Position numbers and translations under genes: made by a program. Shown here piece after piece: positions 9,301 to 18,084 of a stretch of 64,000 nucleotides of DNA (positions within the stretch are counted from its first letter, which is position 1; every line of letters starts with the position of its first letter). The notes under the pieces were generated by a model. It was given only the letters and a program-made list of their open reading frames with translations, ran no database searches and was not told where the DNA came from. This DNA is from Planctomycetota bacterium (GTDB lineage: Bacteria; Planctomycetota; B15-G4): NCBI GenBank assembly GCA_038212275.1, contig JBBQUR010000003.1:32001-96000 (forward strand), given 5' to 3'.

Positions 9301-11118
9301 ATGCGGACCATGGCGGACAGCGTGCAAATCCTTCGGGACGGAGCGAGACGGCTGCGCGGCATCGAGGAGTCGTGCCGTTCCCGGGCGTCCGGGCTGATCT
9401 TCGCTCTCGCGCTGATCTCGATGGCGACGGCCGCGCCACTCGCGCCGGTTGCGGCCGCCACCTACTACGTGTCCAACGGCGGGAGCAACGGGAGCAGTGG
9501 CCTCTCGCCCGCGGCGGCATGGAAGACGCTGCAGTTCGCGGCGGACACGGTGCAGGCGGGCGACACGGTCATCGTGCTGCCGGGCACGTATGCGGGCTTC
9601 AATCTGTTCACGAGCGGGGCGAGCGGCGCGCCGATCACCTTCACGGGCAATCCCGGCGTGCCCGCGCCGAATCCGGCGGTGATCATCAATGCCAACAACA
9701 CGTTCACGAACAAGGACCGCATCAATCTCGAGGGCGCGTCCTTCGTGGTCATCGAGGGCTTCACGCTGCTCGGCAGCGGCAATCCCGCGACCAACCGCGC
9801 CTGCATTCGCGCCGTCGGATCCCCCGATGATCCGTCACGCTTCGTGAGCGTGCTCCACAATCGCTGCGACCTGGGCGGCACGTGGGGCATCTTCACCGGC
9901 TTCGTGGACGACATGCTCGTCGATGGCAACGAGGCCAGCCGCTCGGCGCAGCAGCACGGCATCTACCTCAGCAACAGCGGCGACCGGCCCGTCGTGCGGC
10001 GCAACGTCATCTGGGGCAATCACTCCGCCGGCCTGCACATGAATGGTGACGTGAGCCAGGGCGGCGACGGCGTCATCAGCCACGCGCTCGTGGAGCGCAA
10101 CGTGATCTTCGACAACGGCGATGGCGATCCGGCCTTCGGTGCGCCCGGCGGCGCAGCCATCAACGCCGACGGCGTGCAGGATTCCGTCTTCCGCAACAAC
10201 CTGCTCTGGGACAATCACAAGACGGGCATCGCGCTGTTCCGGCAGGACGGCGGCGGGCCCGCCTCCGGCAACCTCGTGCACAGCAACACGATTCACAATG
10301 CAGTCGACGCGCGCTGGTGCCTGCACATCGGAGACGGCGCGACCGGCAACACCGTGCGCAACAACGTGCTGCTCAACGATCACGCGTTCCGCGGCGCGAT
10401 CGAGATCACGTCGGATTGCCTGCCCGGCTTTTCCAGCGATGCGGGCGCGGTGAAGGATCGTTTCAGTCTCGACGACACCTTTCTCTCGCTCGCGCAGTGG
10501 AAGGCGGCGACGGGTCAGGATGGCGCCTCGTTCGTCGCGACGGCGAGCGCGCTCTTCGTGGATGCGTCGACCGGCGACTACGCGCTGCTGCCGGCGAGTC
10601 CGGCCATCGACACGGGCGGTCCCTTCCTCGCGCCGGCCGACGACCTGCAAGGCTGGCACCGTCCGGCGGGCGCGGGCTTCGACATCGGCGCGCACGAGTT
10701 CGGCGCCTGTTTCGGCATCGCGACGACATACGGCGCCGGCCTCGCCGGCAGCGGGGGCCAGGTGCCGCTGCTGCTGGCGAGCGGTTGTCCCGATCTCGGC
10801 GCGGCGCTCACGTTGACAGTGAGTCAGTCGCTGGGCGGCGCGCCCTCGCTGCTGCTCGTCGGTGGCGCGCCCATCGCGCTGCCGAAGTTCGGCGGGACGC
10901 TGCTCGTGTCGCCCATTGTGTCCGTGGCCCTTGGACTTGGTGGCGCGACGGGGGTGCCGGGTGCGGGCGGCCTGTCGCTGCCGGCGCTCGTGCCGGATGC
11001 GCCGGCGTTCGCCGGCGTCACGTTCACGCTGCAACTGCTCGTGGTGGATACCGGGGCTGTCGCTGGTGTGGCGATGAGCGCAGGGCTTGCAGTGCAGCTC
11101 GGCGCGCCGGAGGGGTGA
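9301..11118 (+). CDS. Secreted right-handed parallel beta-helix protein with an extra C-terminal beta domain
   Basis: ATYYVS..G...SGLS...AWKTLQ.A...GDTV.V.PGTY start; Asn-ladder repeats (HGIYLSNSGD, RNVIFDN, RNNLLWDN); SPAIDTG..DIGAHE closing motif; then about 130 further residues. Start uncertain (9301 or 9310). Confidence 0.85.
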   Translation: MRTMADSVQILRDGARRLRGIEESCRSRASGLIFALALISMATAAPLAPVAAATYYVSNGGSNGSSGLSPAAAWKTLQFAADTVQAGDTVIVLPGTYAGFNLFTSGASGAPITFTGNPGVPAPNPAVIINANNTFTNKDRINLEGASFVVIEGFTLLGSGNPATNRACIRAVGSPDDPSRFVSVLHNRCDLGGTWGIFTGFVDDMLVDGNEASRSAQQHGIYLSNSGDRPVVRRNVIWGNHSAGLHMNGDVSQGGDGVISHALVERNVIFDNGDGDPAFGAPGGAAINADGVQDSVFRNNLLWDNHKTGIALFRQDGGGPASGNLVHSNTIHNAVDARWCLHIGDGATGNTVRNNVLLNDHAFRGAIEITSDCLPGFSSDAGAVKDRFSLDDTFLSLAQWKAATGQDGASFVATASALFVDASTGDYALLPASPAIDTGGPFLAPADDLQGWHRPAGAGFDIGAHEFGACFGIATTYGAGLAGSGGQVPLLLASGCPDLGAALTLTVSQSLGGAPSLLLVGGAPIALPKFGGTLLVSPIVSVALGLGGATGVPGAGGLSLPALVPDAPAFAGVTFTLQLLVVDTGAVAGVAMSAGLAVQLGAPEG

Positions 11119-11124
11119 ACGGAG

Positions 11125-11190
11125 TGTCCGTCCGGGCAACTGTCACCCATGTGCCCGGACACGACTGTCACTCCTGTTTCCTTACGGACA
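11125..11190. mobile_element. 66-bp remnant resembling an IS481-family terminus or MITE
   Basis: Begins TGTCCGT and ends ACGGACA (7-bp inverted repeat, TGT...ACA). Internal direct repeats ACTGTCACCCATGT and ACTGTCACTCCTGT. No transposase nearby. Confidence 0.5.
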
Positions 11191-11204
11191 AGTGAGCCCA
11201 GCCC

Positions 11205-12500
11205 TCAGTACACCGCTCCACCCGTCGCGTGCTTCTGCCACGCGCCGCTCGCCAGGATCTCGCACACCGCGTCGAGGCAGGCGTCCATTTCGTCGTCGGT
11301 GTTGTAGTAGTGGGGGGCGATGCGCAGGCCGACGTCGGGGCGGCTGTCCACCAGGATGTCGCGCTCGGCGAGCGCTTTCACCACGGCGGGGGCGTGCGGG
11401 ACGGTGAGTGTCACCGTGCCGCCGCGGCGCGCGGGGTCCTGCGGCGAGCGCGAGGCGAGACCGCGCTCGGCGGCGCGCTGCAGGAATCGCGTCGTCTGCG
11501 CGACGCTCTTGCGGCGGATCGCGTCGACGCCGGCGCGCAGCACCATCTCGTAGCCGGAGCGCGCGGCGTAGTAGGCCGGCACGGCGGGCGAGCCGTGCAG
11601 GAAGCGCGTCGCATCGGCGGCGTACTTCTGCGGGCCCTTCTCGAAGGCGAAGGGGTGCTCGTGCGCCATCCACCCGGTGAGCATCGGCTCGAAATGGTCG
11701 CGAATGCCCGGCTTCACGTAGAGGTATCCCGCGCCGGGGCCGCCGCAGAGCCACTTCACGGAGCCGCCGCAGGCCATGTCCACATCGAGCGCGCGCACGC
11801 TGAACGGCACCGTGCCCGTGGACTGGTAGCAGTCCGCCAGCACGAGCGCGCCGACGGCGTGCGCCTTCTTCACGATGGCAGCCAGGTCCTGGATGAAGGC
11901 GCTCTGGAACAGCACGTGCGACACCGGGACGATGAGCGTGCGCTCGTCGATCGCGTCGAGCAGCGCCTGCGTGTCGACGCCGATGCCGTCGGCCGACGGC
12001 ACGCAGACGATCTCCGCGCCGCGGCGCCGCTGCGCCTCCCACACGTACATCACGGAAGGGAAGTTCAGGTCCGTGTAGACGACGCGGTTGCGCGGCGCCT
12101 TGAACTCCAGGCACGACGCGACGAGGCCCTGGATCACCGAGACATTCTGGTGCATGACGATGCTGCCCGCGGGCGCGTCGATGATCTGCGCGAGCAGATT
12201 GCCGACGTCCACCGGCGAGGTCCACCAGCCCTCGGCCCAGGCGCGGATGCCGCGCGTGGCCCACATCTCGGCGTACTCGTGCAGCCGGTCGTACGTCGCG
12301 CGCGGCATCGCGCCGAGCGAGTGATTCACCAGGTAGTTCGTCGTCTCGAGGATCGGGAACTCGGAGCGCAGCGCGAGCAGCCGCGCGAGCTCATTGGCGG
12401 CGGGCGCGTTGGTGGTGGCGGGGCCCGTGCCCGGGCCGGCGCTCGAACCGGCGGCGGGGCCCGGCGCGGAGCGAGGTGCGGAACCTGGGGCGGTACTCAT
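11205..12500 (-). CDS. kynU: Kynureninase-like PLP enzyme (aminotransferase class V)
   Basis: True start ATG 12500 overlaps the pepP stop (ATGA). YLVNHSLGAMP, W...GIRAW..GWW, DCYQSTG, GGSVKWLCGGPG (PLP lysine) and GWMAH. Confidence 0.75.
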   Translation of the reverse strand: MSTAPGSAPRSAPGPAAGSSAGPGTGPATTNAPAANELARLLALRSEFPILETTNYLVNHSLGAMPRATYDRLHEYAEMWATRGIRAWAEGWWTSPVDVGNLLAQIIDAPAGSIVMHQNVSVIQGLVASCLEFKAPRNRVVYTDLNFPSVMYVWEAQRRRGAEIVCVPSADGIGVDTQALLDAIDERTLIVPVSHVLFQSAFIQDLAAIVKKAHAVGALVLADCYQSTGTVPFSVRALDVDMACGGSVKWLCGGPGAGYLYVKPGIRDHFEPMLTGWMAHEHPFAFEKGPQKYAADATRFLHGSPAVPAYYAARSGYEMVLRAGVDAIRRKSVAQTTRFLQRAAERGLASRSPQDPARRGGTVTLTVPHAPAVVKALAERDILVDSRPDVGLRIAPHYYNTDDEMDACLDAVCEILASGAWQKHATGGAVY

Positions 12501-13909
12501 GCGCGTGCTCCCAGTCGTGCGTGGCCCGCGCTCATCGCGGAGGCACTCGAGCCGGCGTGGCTTGCGGCGGAGGCGCCCGACGTGTCCGCAGCGCCGCCGT
12601 GCAGCGCCTCCACGTCCGCGATGCTCTTCGGGATGTCTTTCGTCAGCACGTCGTTGCCCTCCGCGGTGACCAGCACGTCGTCCTCGATGCGGATGCCGAT
12701 GCCGCGGAATGCCGCCGGCGCGGCCTCGTCGTCGGCATTCACGTAGAGCCCGGGCTCCACGGTGAGGACCATGCCGGGCTGCAGCGGGCGGCTCTGCTTG
12801 CTGCCGTCGGCGGCGGTGATGAAGTACGTACCCACGTCGTGCACGTCCAGGCCGAGCCAGTGCGAGGTGCGGTGCATGTAGAATCGCTTGTAGCTGCCGC
12901 TGGCCAGCGCCTCCTCGACGCTGCCCGTGAGCAGTCCCAGCGAGATGAGTCCTTCGATGAGCACGCGCGTGGAGGTGTCGTGCACCGACACGAAGGAGCG
13001 GCCGGGCAGGGCCGCGGCGATTCCGGCGAGCTGCGAGGCCAGCACGATCTCGTACAGGGCGCGCTGCGGCGCCGAGAAACGGCCGCTGGCCGGTGCGCAG
13101 CGCGTGACGTCCGCGGTGTAGCCGTCGCACTCGGCGCCCGCGTCCACCAGCAGGCACGAGCCCTTGCCGACGCGCTCGTTGTTGGTGTTGTAGTGCAGCA
13201 CCGTGGCGTTGGCGCCGGCGGCGACGATGCTCGGATATCCGACGCCCCAGCCGCCTCCCGCGCGGAAGGCGCCGTCGATGAGAGCTTCCAGTTCCCACTC
13301 GCCGCAGCCCTCGCGCACGGCCGACATCGCCGCGCGATGGCCGCGGTTGGTCAGCTCGGCGCAGCGCCGCAGGGCCGCAATTTCCTCGGACGACTTGAAA
13401 AGGCGCAACTCGTGCAACGCGACCCCGGCCTCGACCAGCTCGGGCGGCCCGGTGACGCCGTCGCGCGTGCGCATGAACATCTCGTGCAGCCAGCCGAGCA
13501 GCTTGCGGTCGAAGTCGCTGTCGTGGCCGGTGGTGAAGTGGAGGCGCGACGCACCACGCAACAGCTTCGGAAGTTCCGTGTCGAGCGCAGCGATCGGGTA
13601 CGCCGCGTCCGCGCCGTACAGCTCCTTCGCTCCCTCGACGCCGGTGCGCCGGCCGTTCCACGTCTCCATCTCCGGGTCGCGCGGCCGCACGAAGAGCACG
13701 TAGCTGTCCTTGACGGCGTCCGGGATCAGCACCGCCACGGCATCGGGCTCGCGCAGTCCGGTCAGGTACCAGAAGTCGCTGTCGGGGCGGAAGCGGTAGT
13801 GCGTGTCGCGATTGCGGATGCGCTCCGGACCGGCGCGGAAGATCGCGACGCCGCCGTTCATCCTCGCCATGAGGGCCTCGCGGTGCGCCTTCGCCATCTG
13901 CTGGTTCAC
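12497..13909 (-). CDS. pepP: Xaa-Pro aminopeptidase (aminopeptidase P)
   Basis: YRFRPDSDFWYLTG..EP, LHY..N, LLVDAGAE..GY.ADVTR, HWLGLDVHDVG, TVEPGLY, GIRIEDDVLVT. Confidence 0.95.
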   Translation of the reverse strand: MNQQMAKAHREALMARMNGGVAIFRAGPERIRNRDTHYRFRPDSDFWYLTGLREPDAVAVLIPDAVKDSYVLFVRPRDPEMETWNGRRTGVEGAKELYGADAAYPIAALDTELPKLLRGASRLHFTTGHDSDFDRKLLGWLHEMFMRTRDGVTGPPELVEAGVALHELRLFKSSEEIAALRRCAELTNRGHRAAMSAVREGCGEWELEALIDGAFRAGGGWGVGYPSIVAAGANATVLHYNTNNERVGKGSCLLVDAGAECDGYTADVTRCAPASGRFSAPQRALYEIVLASQLAGIAAALPGRSFVSVHDTSTRVLIEGLISLGLLTGSVEEALASGSYKRFYMHRTSHWLGLDVHDVGTYFITAADGSKQSRPLQPGMVLTVEPGLYVNADDEAAPAAFRGIGIRIEDDVLVTAEGNDVLTKDIPKSIADVEALHGGAADTSGASAASHAGSSASAMSAGHARLGARA

Positions 13910-13964
13910 TGGGATTCTCTCCGGGGACGTGGTGCGCGGGCGGTGCCCTGCCCGCCGTGCTTGC

Positions 13965-14957
13965 CTAGGGCTTGAGCGTGTCGAGGACGAGGGTCACGGC
14001 CGGGCCGTCGGCCTCGAGAATGAGCGGCGCGCTCTCGAGGTCGCCGGGACTGGCCGTCGCCAGGCCGCTCAGCGACAGGCGCGCGTAGAGCTTGACGTCG
14101 CCCTGCAGCACCTCGAGCTTGTTGTCGAGACCCTGCAGCGTGACGTGCTCGGGGCCGATGTCGAAGCCATTCGGAAAGTGCGGCGCCGTGCGACGGATCA
14201 CGGCGAGCGGCGCGCCGCCGCTCGTCGCGCTGCGCACGATGATGTAGAGCGTGCCGGTGCCGTCCCTTCCCGCGAACTGCGGCGCCAGCGCCACGCTGCC
14301 GACGAAGCGTGGTCCCGCCTCTCGCGGCGCGTCGGCGAGGCCCGCATGCGGCGAGGTGGCGCCGGCGTGCGCTGCCGTCGCACCCGCAGCGTGCGGCGCC
14401 TCTCCGCTGCCCGTGAGCACCTGATTCAGGACGATGTGCACCGGCGGTCCGCCGGGGACTGCGGGCTCCGCCGCAATCCCCTGCACGTCGCCGACCTGCG
14501 CCGCCGCGTCGCCGTCACGATCGAGGCGCGCGACGATCTGGTAGGCGCCCGACATGCCCGCGCCGCCCTGCATGCTGTGCGCCTCGGTGATGGTGAAGGC
14601 CTGCGGAAACCCGGGATCCGCGAGCTTGCGCACGTAGTCGAGCGGCCCGCCCGGCTGCTTGCGCACGAGCAGGAACACGCTGTCGAAGGCGGCGACGTCG
14701 ATGTCGAGGCCGGGCTGCAATTCGATCACGCCGCTGAGACCGTTGCCCTCCGCTTCGGCGGAGCGCGCACCCGCGGCGACCGCGGACGCCGACGCGGCGG
14801 CCGTGTCCGGCTGCTCGCTGCAGGCGGCAGGCAGCAGCGCCAGAGCCAGCGCGGCAAGGCGCCGCACGCAGAGGTCCGCACCGAGCCGCCTCCGGCTGCG
14901 CCGCCGCGCGCCGTGCAGTGTCGACAGCGGGGCGCGGGGCTTTGTCGGGCATGCCAT
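13965..14957 (-). CDS. Lipoprotein with two CcmI/CycH C-terminal-like Ig domains
   Basis: Lipobox LLPAAC. Two copies of G.I.L.P...VF..VR...GGP...FP..F.I...H...ARL...G.A....GD. Confidence 0.6.
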   Translation of the reverse strand: MACPTKPRAPLSTLHGARRRSRRRLGADLCVRRLAALALALLPAACSEQPDTAAASASAVAAGARSAEAEGNGLSGVIELQPGLDIDVAAFDSVFLLVRKQPGGPLDYVRKLADPGFPQAFTITEAHSMQGGAGMSGAYQIVARLDRDGDAAAQVGDVQGIAAEPAVPGGPPVHIVLNQVLTGSGEAPHAAGATAAHAGATSPHAGLADAPREAGPRFVGSVALAPQFAGRDGTGTLYIIVRSATSGGAPLAVIRRTAPHFPNGFDIGPEHVTLQGLDNKLEVLQGDVKLYARLSLSGLATASPGDLESAPLILEADGPAVTLVLDTLKP

Positions 14958-15036
14958 GGGGGGCGCATGATAGCCGCCTTGCTAGGATGCGTCGCCATGC
15001 CGGCGATGGCCGACACCCGTTCCCCGAGGACAGCTC

Positions 15037-15687
15037 GTGAGCGCCCCGAAGATCTCGCTGCGCACCTTCCAATACCTCGACGTGCTGCAGCCGCAGCTCG
15101 CCAGCTTCCTGGCCACGGTGTCGCAGGGCTACCTGCCCATCGAGGAGCAGGCCTCGCTTTTCGTGGAGGTGCAGCCCGGCATCGCGATCAATCGCATCAC
15201 CGACGTGGCGCTGAAGAACGCCAGCGTCACGCCCGGCATGCAGATCGTGGAGCGCGCCTTCGGCGTGCTGGAGGTGCACTCGTGGAACCAGGCTGACGTG
15301 CGCGCGGCGGGCGAGGCCATCCTGCGGCACCTCGGGCTGCAGGAAAGCGACCGCCTGACGCCCAGGGTCGTGACCTCCGAGATCATCACGGGCACCGACG
15401 CCTACCAGACCATGCTCATCAACCGCATGCGCCACGGCAACGTGATCCTCAAGGGGCAGTCGCTTTACATCATGGAGACGCACCCGGCGGGCTACGCGCT
15501 GCTCGCCGCCAACGAGGCGGAGAAGGCAGCGCCCATCGACCTGCTCGAGGTGGTGTCCTTCGGCGCGTACGGCCGGCTGTACCTCGGCGGCGGAGATGAC
15601 GAGATCAAGGAAGCCGCGCGCGCGGCGGAGGGCTGCCTCGCGAACATCAGCGGGCGCCCCAACGACGAAGTGGTGGACGTGCGCTGA
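15037..15687 (+). CDS. Bacterial microcompartment shell protein, tandem-domain permuted BMC-T (CcmP/CsoS1D-like)
   Basis: LRT..YLD.LQPQLASF, E.QPGIAINRITD.ALK, QIVERAFG.LE.H, LINRMRHG, LYIME.HPAGYA.LAANEAEKAA, FGAYGRLYLGG. Confidence 0.92.
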   Translation: MSAPKISLRTFQYLDVLQPQLASFLATVSQGYLPIEEQASLFVEVQPGIAINRITDVALKNASVTPGMQIVERAFGVLEVHSWNQADVRAAGEAILRHLGLQESDRLTPRVVTSEIITGTDAYQTMLINRMRHGNVILKGQSLYIMETHPAGYALLAANEAEKAAPIDLLEVVSFGAYGRLYLGGGDDEIKEAARAAEGCLANISGRPNDEVVDVR

Positions 15688-15756
15688 GCCGGATGACGGA
15701 AGAGGTCCGCGGCTGTAACATCCTGCGCCGGTCCGCAACTGACTGCGGGCCTTCGC

Positions 15757-15942
15757 GTGGAGGATGTCATCGATGTCTGCCGATCGTGCGCCCATGGCCG
15801 CATCTCGCCCGGCTGGGGCGACGTGATGCTCGCGCCGCCGCAGCACGGTGCGCCGCTCAACGACTTCCTCAAGCCCTACGGCGAGCGCGAAGGCGTGCCG
15901 CTGGAGGGCCTCGTCCAGGTCGTGTCCGTCCTCGATGCCTGA
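15757..15942 (+). CDS. Possible small protein or gene fragment with CxxC
   Basis: 61-aa ORF with high GC at third codon positions; fills the gap between the BMC-T and LpoB-like genes. Confidence 0.35.
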   Translation: MEDVIDVCRSCAHGRISPGWGDVMLAPPQHGAPLNDFLKPYGEREGVPLEGLVQVVSVLDA

Positions 15943-15984
15943 GGCGCCCCGCGCCGCCCGACCATTCTGTCCCGGAGACTGCCC

Positions 15985-16581
15985 ATGCGCCCGACCGTCC
16001 TGGCCCTCGCACTCATCCCTCTGCTCGTGCTGCCCGCCTGCTTCGGGCCCAGTTACAGCCGTGGCAGCGAGGACCACGAGATCGATGAGCCGGCGCTCTC
16101 CACGCGCCTCGACCGCGTGGACCTCGAAATGGCGCTGGCCGAGTGGACCTTCGGCCTCGACGGTTCCCCGTTCGTGAAGACGCTGGGCGAGCGCAAGCCG
16201 AGCATCGCCATCCTGCACATCGCCAACGACAGCAGCGAGCACATCGGCGGCGCGCTGGACACGCTGCTGAACTCGGCCGAGACGCGCCTGGTGCAGTCCG
16301 GCCAGTGGAACGTCGTGGACAACAGCACGCTCAGCGCGGATGCGATCATCGCCGAGAGACTGCGCGACCTCGGCGACGACGTCGATGACGCGACCATCGC
16401 CGCGCTCGGCAAGGAGTTCGGCATCGAATACTTCATCAACGGCCGCATCGGCGACACGGCCGAAAAGTCCGGCGACCTGCGCCGGGTGCAGTACTACCTC
16501 TTCCTGCGCGTGACCGAGGTCGCCACCAAGCTCATCCGCTACCAGGCCTCGATCGACATCACCAAGCAGGTCGAGGACTGA
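15985..16581 (+). CDS. LpoB-like (penicillin-binding protein activator family) lipoprotein
   Basis: Lipobox LVLPAC; D.EM..., KP.I.I..I.N.SSEHI, A.LGK..G..Y.I.G.I, VQYYLFL. Adjacent to a COG3014-like gene, a known pairing. Confidence 0.75.
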   Translation: MRPTVLALALIPLLVLPACFGPSYSRGSEDHEIDEPALSTRLDRVDLEMALAEWTFGLDGSPFVKTLGERKPSIAILHIANDSSEHIGGALDTLLNSAETRLVQSGQWNVVDNSTLSADAIIAERLRDLGDDVDDATIAALGKEFGIEYFINGRIGDTAEKSGDLRRVQYYLFLRVTEVATKLIRYQASIDITKQVED

Positions 16582-16595
16582 CGGCGGCCCCGGGC

Positions 16596-18017
16596 ATGCC
16601 CGCAGCGTGGGCCGCGTCCCGGGTCGAGCGCCACCGGGCCGCCGGGTCGTGGCCGCGCGCCGCCCGCCGGAGCTGCGCGCGCGGCGTGACGGCGATCGTG
16701 CTGCTGCTGGCGTGTGCGGCCGGCTGTGCGACGCCGACCTGGGAGCAGCGCATCGCGCCGGCGCAGCGGGCCTACTACGGCGGCGATCCGCAGCATGCCG
16801 CGGAGATCATCGCCGCGCGCCTGGAGGACGAAGCCGGCGGCCCCGATGCCCACGTGCTGCGTCTCGAACTCGCCAGCGCGCTGGCCGCGGCCGACGACTT
16901 TGCCGGCTCGGCGCGCGAGTACGTCGCGCTGGACGACCAGCTCGAGGTGCTCGACTACAGCGACATGCCCGTGTTCGAGCTGGCCGCCTTCCTGTTTTCC
17001 GTGAACCGCACCGAGTACGGCGCCTCACGCCCGGAGCGCCTCGCGCTCAACACGTTGAATCTGCTGAACTTTCTCGCGCTGGGCGACTGGGAGGGCGCTG
17101 CGGTGGAGGCGCGCCGCCTCCGCGTCCTGATGCTGCAGGGCGACCTGCCCGAGGACCGCCGCTACGCCAGCGCCCTCGCGTGGCAACTCGCCGGCGTCGC
17201 GCTTCAGCTTGCGGGCAGGAGCGGCGAGGCCGAGGACTGCTTCCGCGCGGCGGGCAGCTCCGACCTCGCGGTGGATCCTCCGCCGGACGAAGGCACGGTG
17301 CTCGTCGTCGTGCAGAACGGCAAGGCTCCCATGCGCGTGGAGGCGATCTACCGGCTGCTCTTCGACAACGGCCTGCACCGCCTGCAAGTGCCTGCCCTCG
17401 TGTGGCGGCCGTCGCCCTGGCAGCGTGCTGTCGTGCTGCTGGACGGCCAGCCCGTGGCGGAGGCCCCCGTGCTGCTCGACCTCGGCGCGCAATTGCGCGC
17501 CCAGTACGATCGGGACTTCCCGCGGATGCTGGCGGCTGCGGCCTTCGCGGCGGCGCCGCGCGTGGTGGCCGGCCAGGCCGTCGAGCGCGAGGTGTCCGAG
17601 CGCAAGAGCAAGCACATCGACGACGATCTGCAGCAGGTCCTCGCGCAGTTCTCGGGCTTCTTCACCGAGGAGCTGCTGGCCGACGCGCTGCCTGCCGACA
17701 CGCGCTGCTGGTCGCTGCTGCCCGCGGACGTGCGTGCGCTCCGCCTGCACGTGCCGGCCGGAACCCACGACATCGCGGTGGACCTCATCGGGCCCGAGCG
17801 CAAGCGCCTGCACTGGTCGGTCAGCGTGCAGCCGCGAGGCTTCGCGCTCGTGAACGCGATCACCGCGCTGGACGAGGGCTGGCAGCCGTCGCAGGAGCCG
17901 CGCACGCAGGACCTCACGCACCAGCCCGCAGGCCTCGCCGCGCTGAACATGCTGCAGGCGGCGCTGGCCGTGCGCGCCGCGATCCTGCACGACGATCACG
18001 ATCACGACGACCACTGA
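16596..18017 (+). CDS. COG3014-like lipoprotein
   Basis: Lipobox CAAGC; Y....ER...N....LN.L..GD.E.A.VE.RR; V.V...G..P; ADTRCWSLLP; VPAG.H.I. Confidence 0.78.
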   Translation: MPAAWAASRVERHRAAGSWPRAARRSCARGVTAIVLLLACAAGCATPTWEQRIAPAQRAYYGGDPQHAAEIIAARLEDEAGGPDAHVLRLELASALAAADDFAGSAREYVALDDQLEVLDYSDMPVFELAAFLFSVNRTEYGASRPERLALNTLNLLNFLALGDWEGAAVEARRLRVLMLQGDLPEDRRYASALAWQLAGVALQLAGRSGEAEDCFRAAGSSDLAVDPPPDEGTVLVVVQNGKAPMRVEAIYRLLFDNGLHRLQVPALVWRPSPWQRAVVLLDGQPVAEAPVLLDLGAQLRAQYDRDFPRMLAAAAFAAAPRVVAGQAVEREVSERKSKHIDDDLQQVLAQFSGFFTEELLADALPADTRCWSLLPADVRALRLHVPAGTHDIAVDLIGPERKRLHWSVSVQPRGFALVNAITALDEGWQPSQEPRTQDLTHQPAGLAALNMLQAALAVRAAILHDDHDHDDH

Positions 18018-18084
18018 GCTCGCGCGGGCCGACGCGCCGGCGCCGGACGTGCAAGCTGTCTGCGGCGCGCGCGTCACGCCGCGC

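Noticed and set aside
11205..13661. 818-aa ORF suggesting a long N-terminal fusion to kynureninase
   Set aside because: The upstream part is an alternative frame of pepP; the real start is ATG 12500, overlapping the pepP stop.
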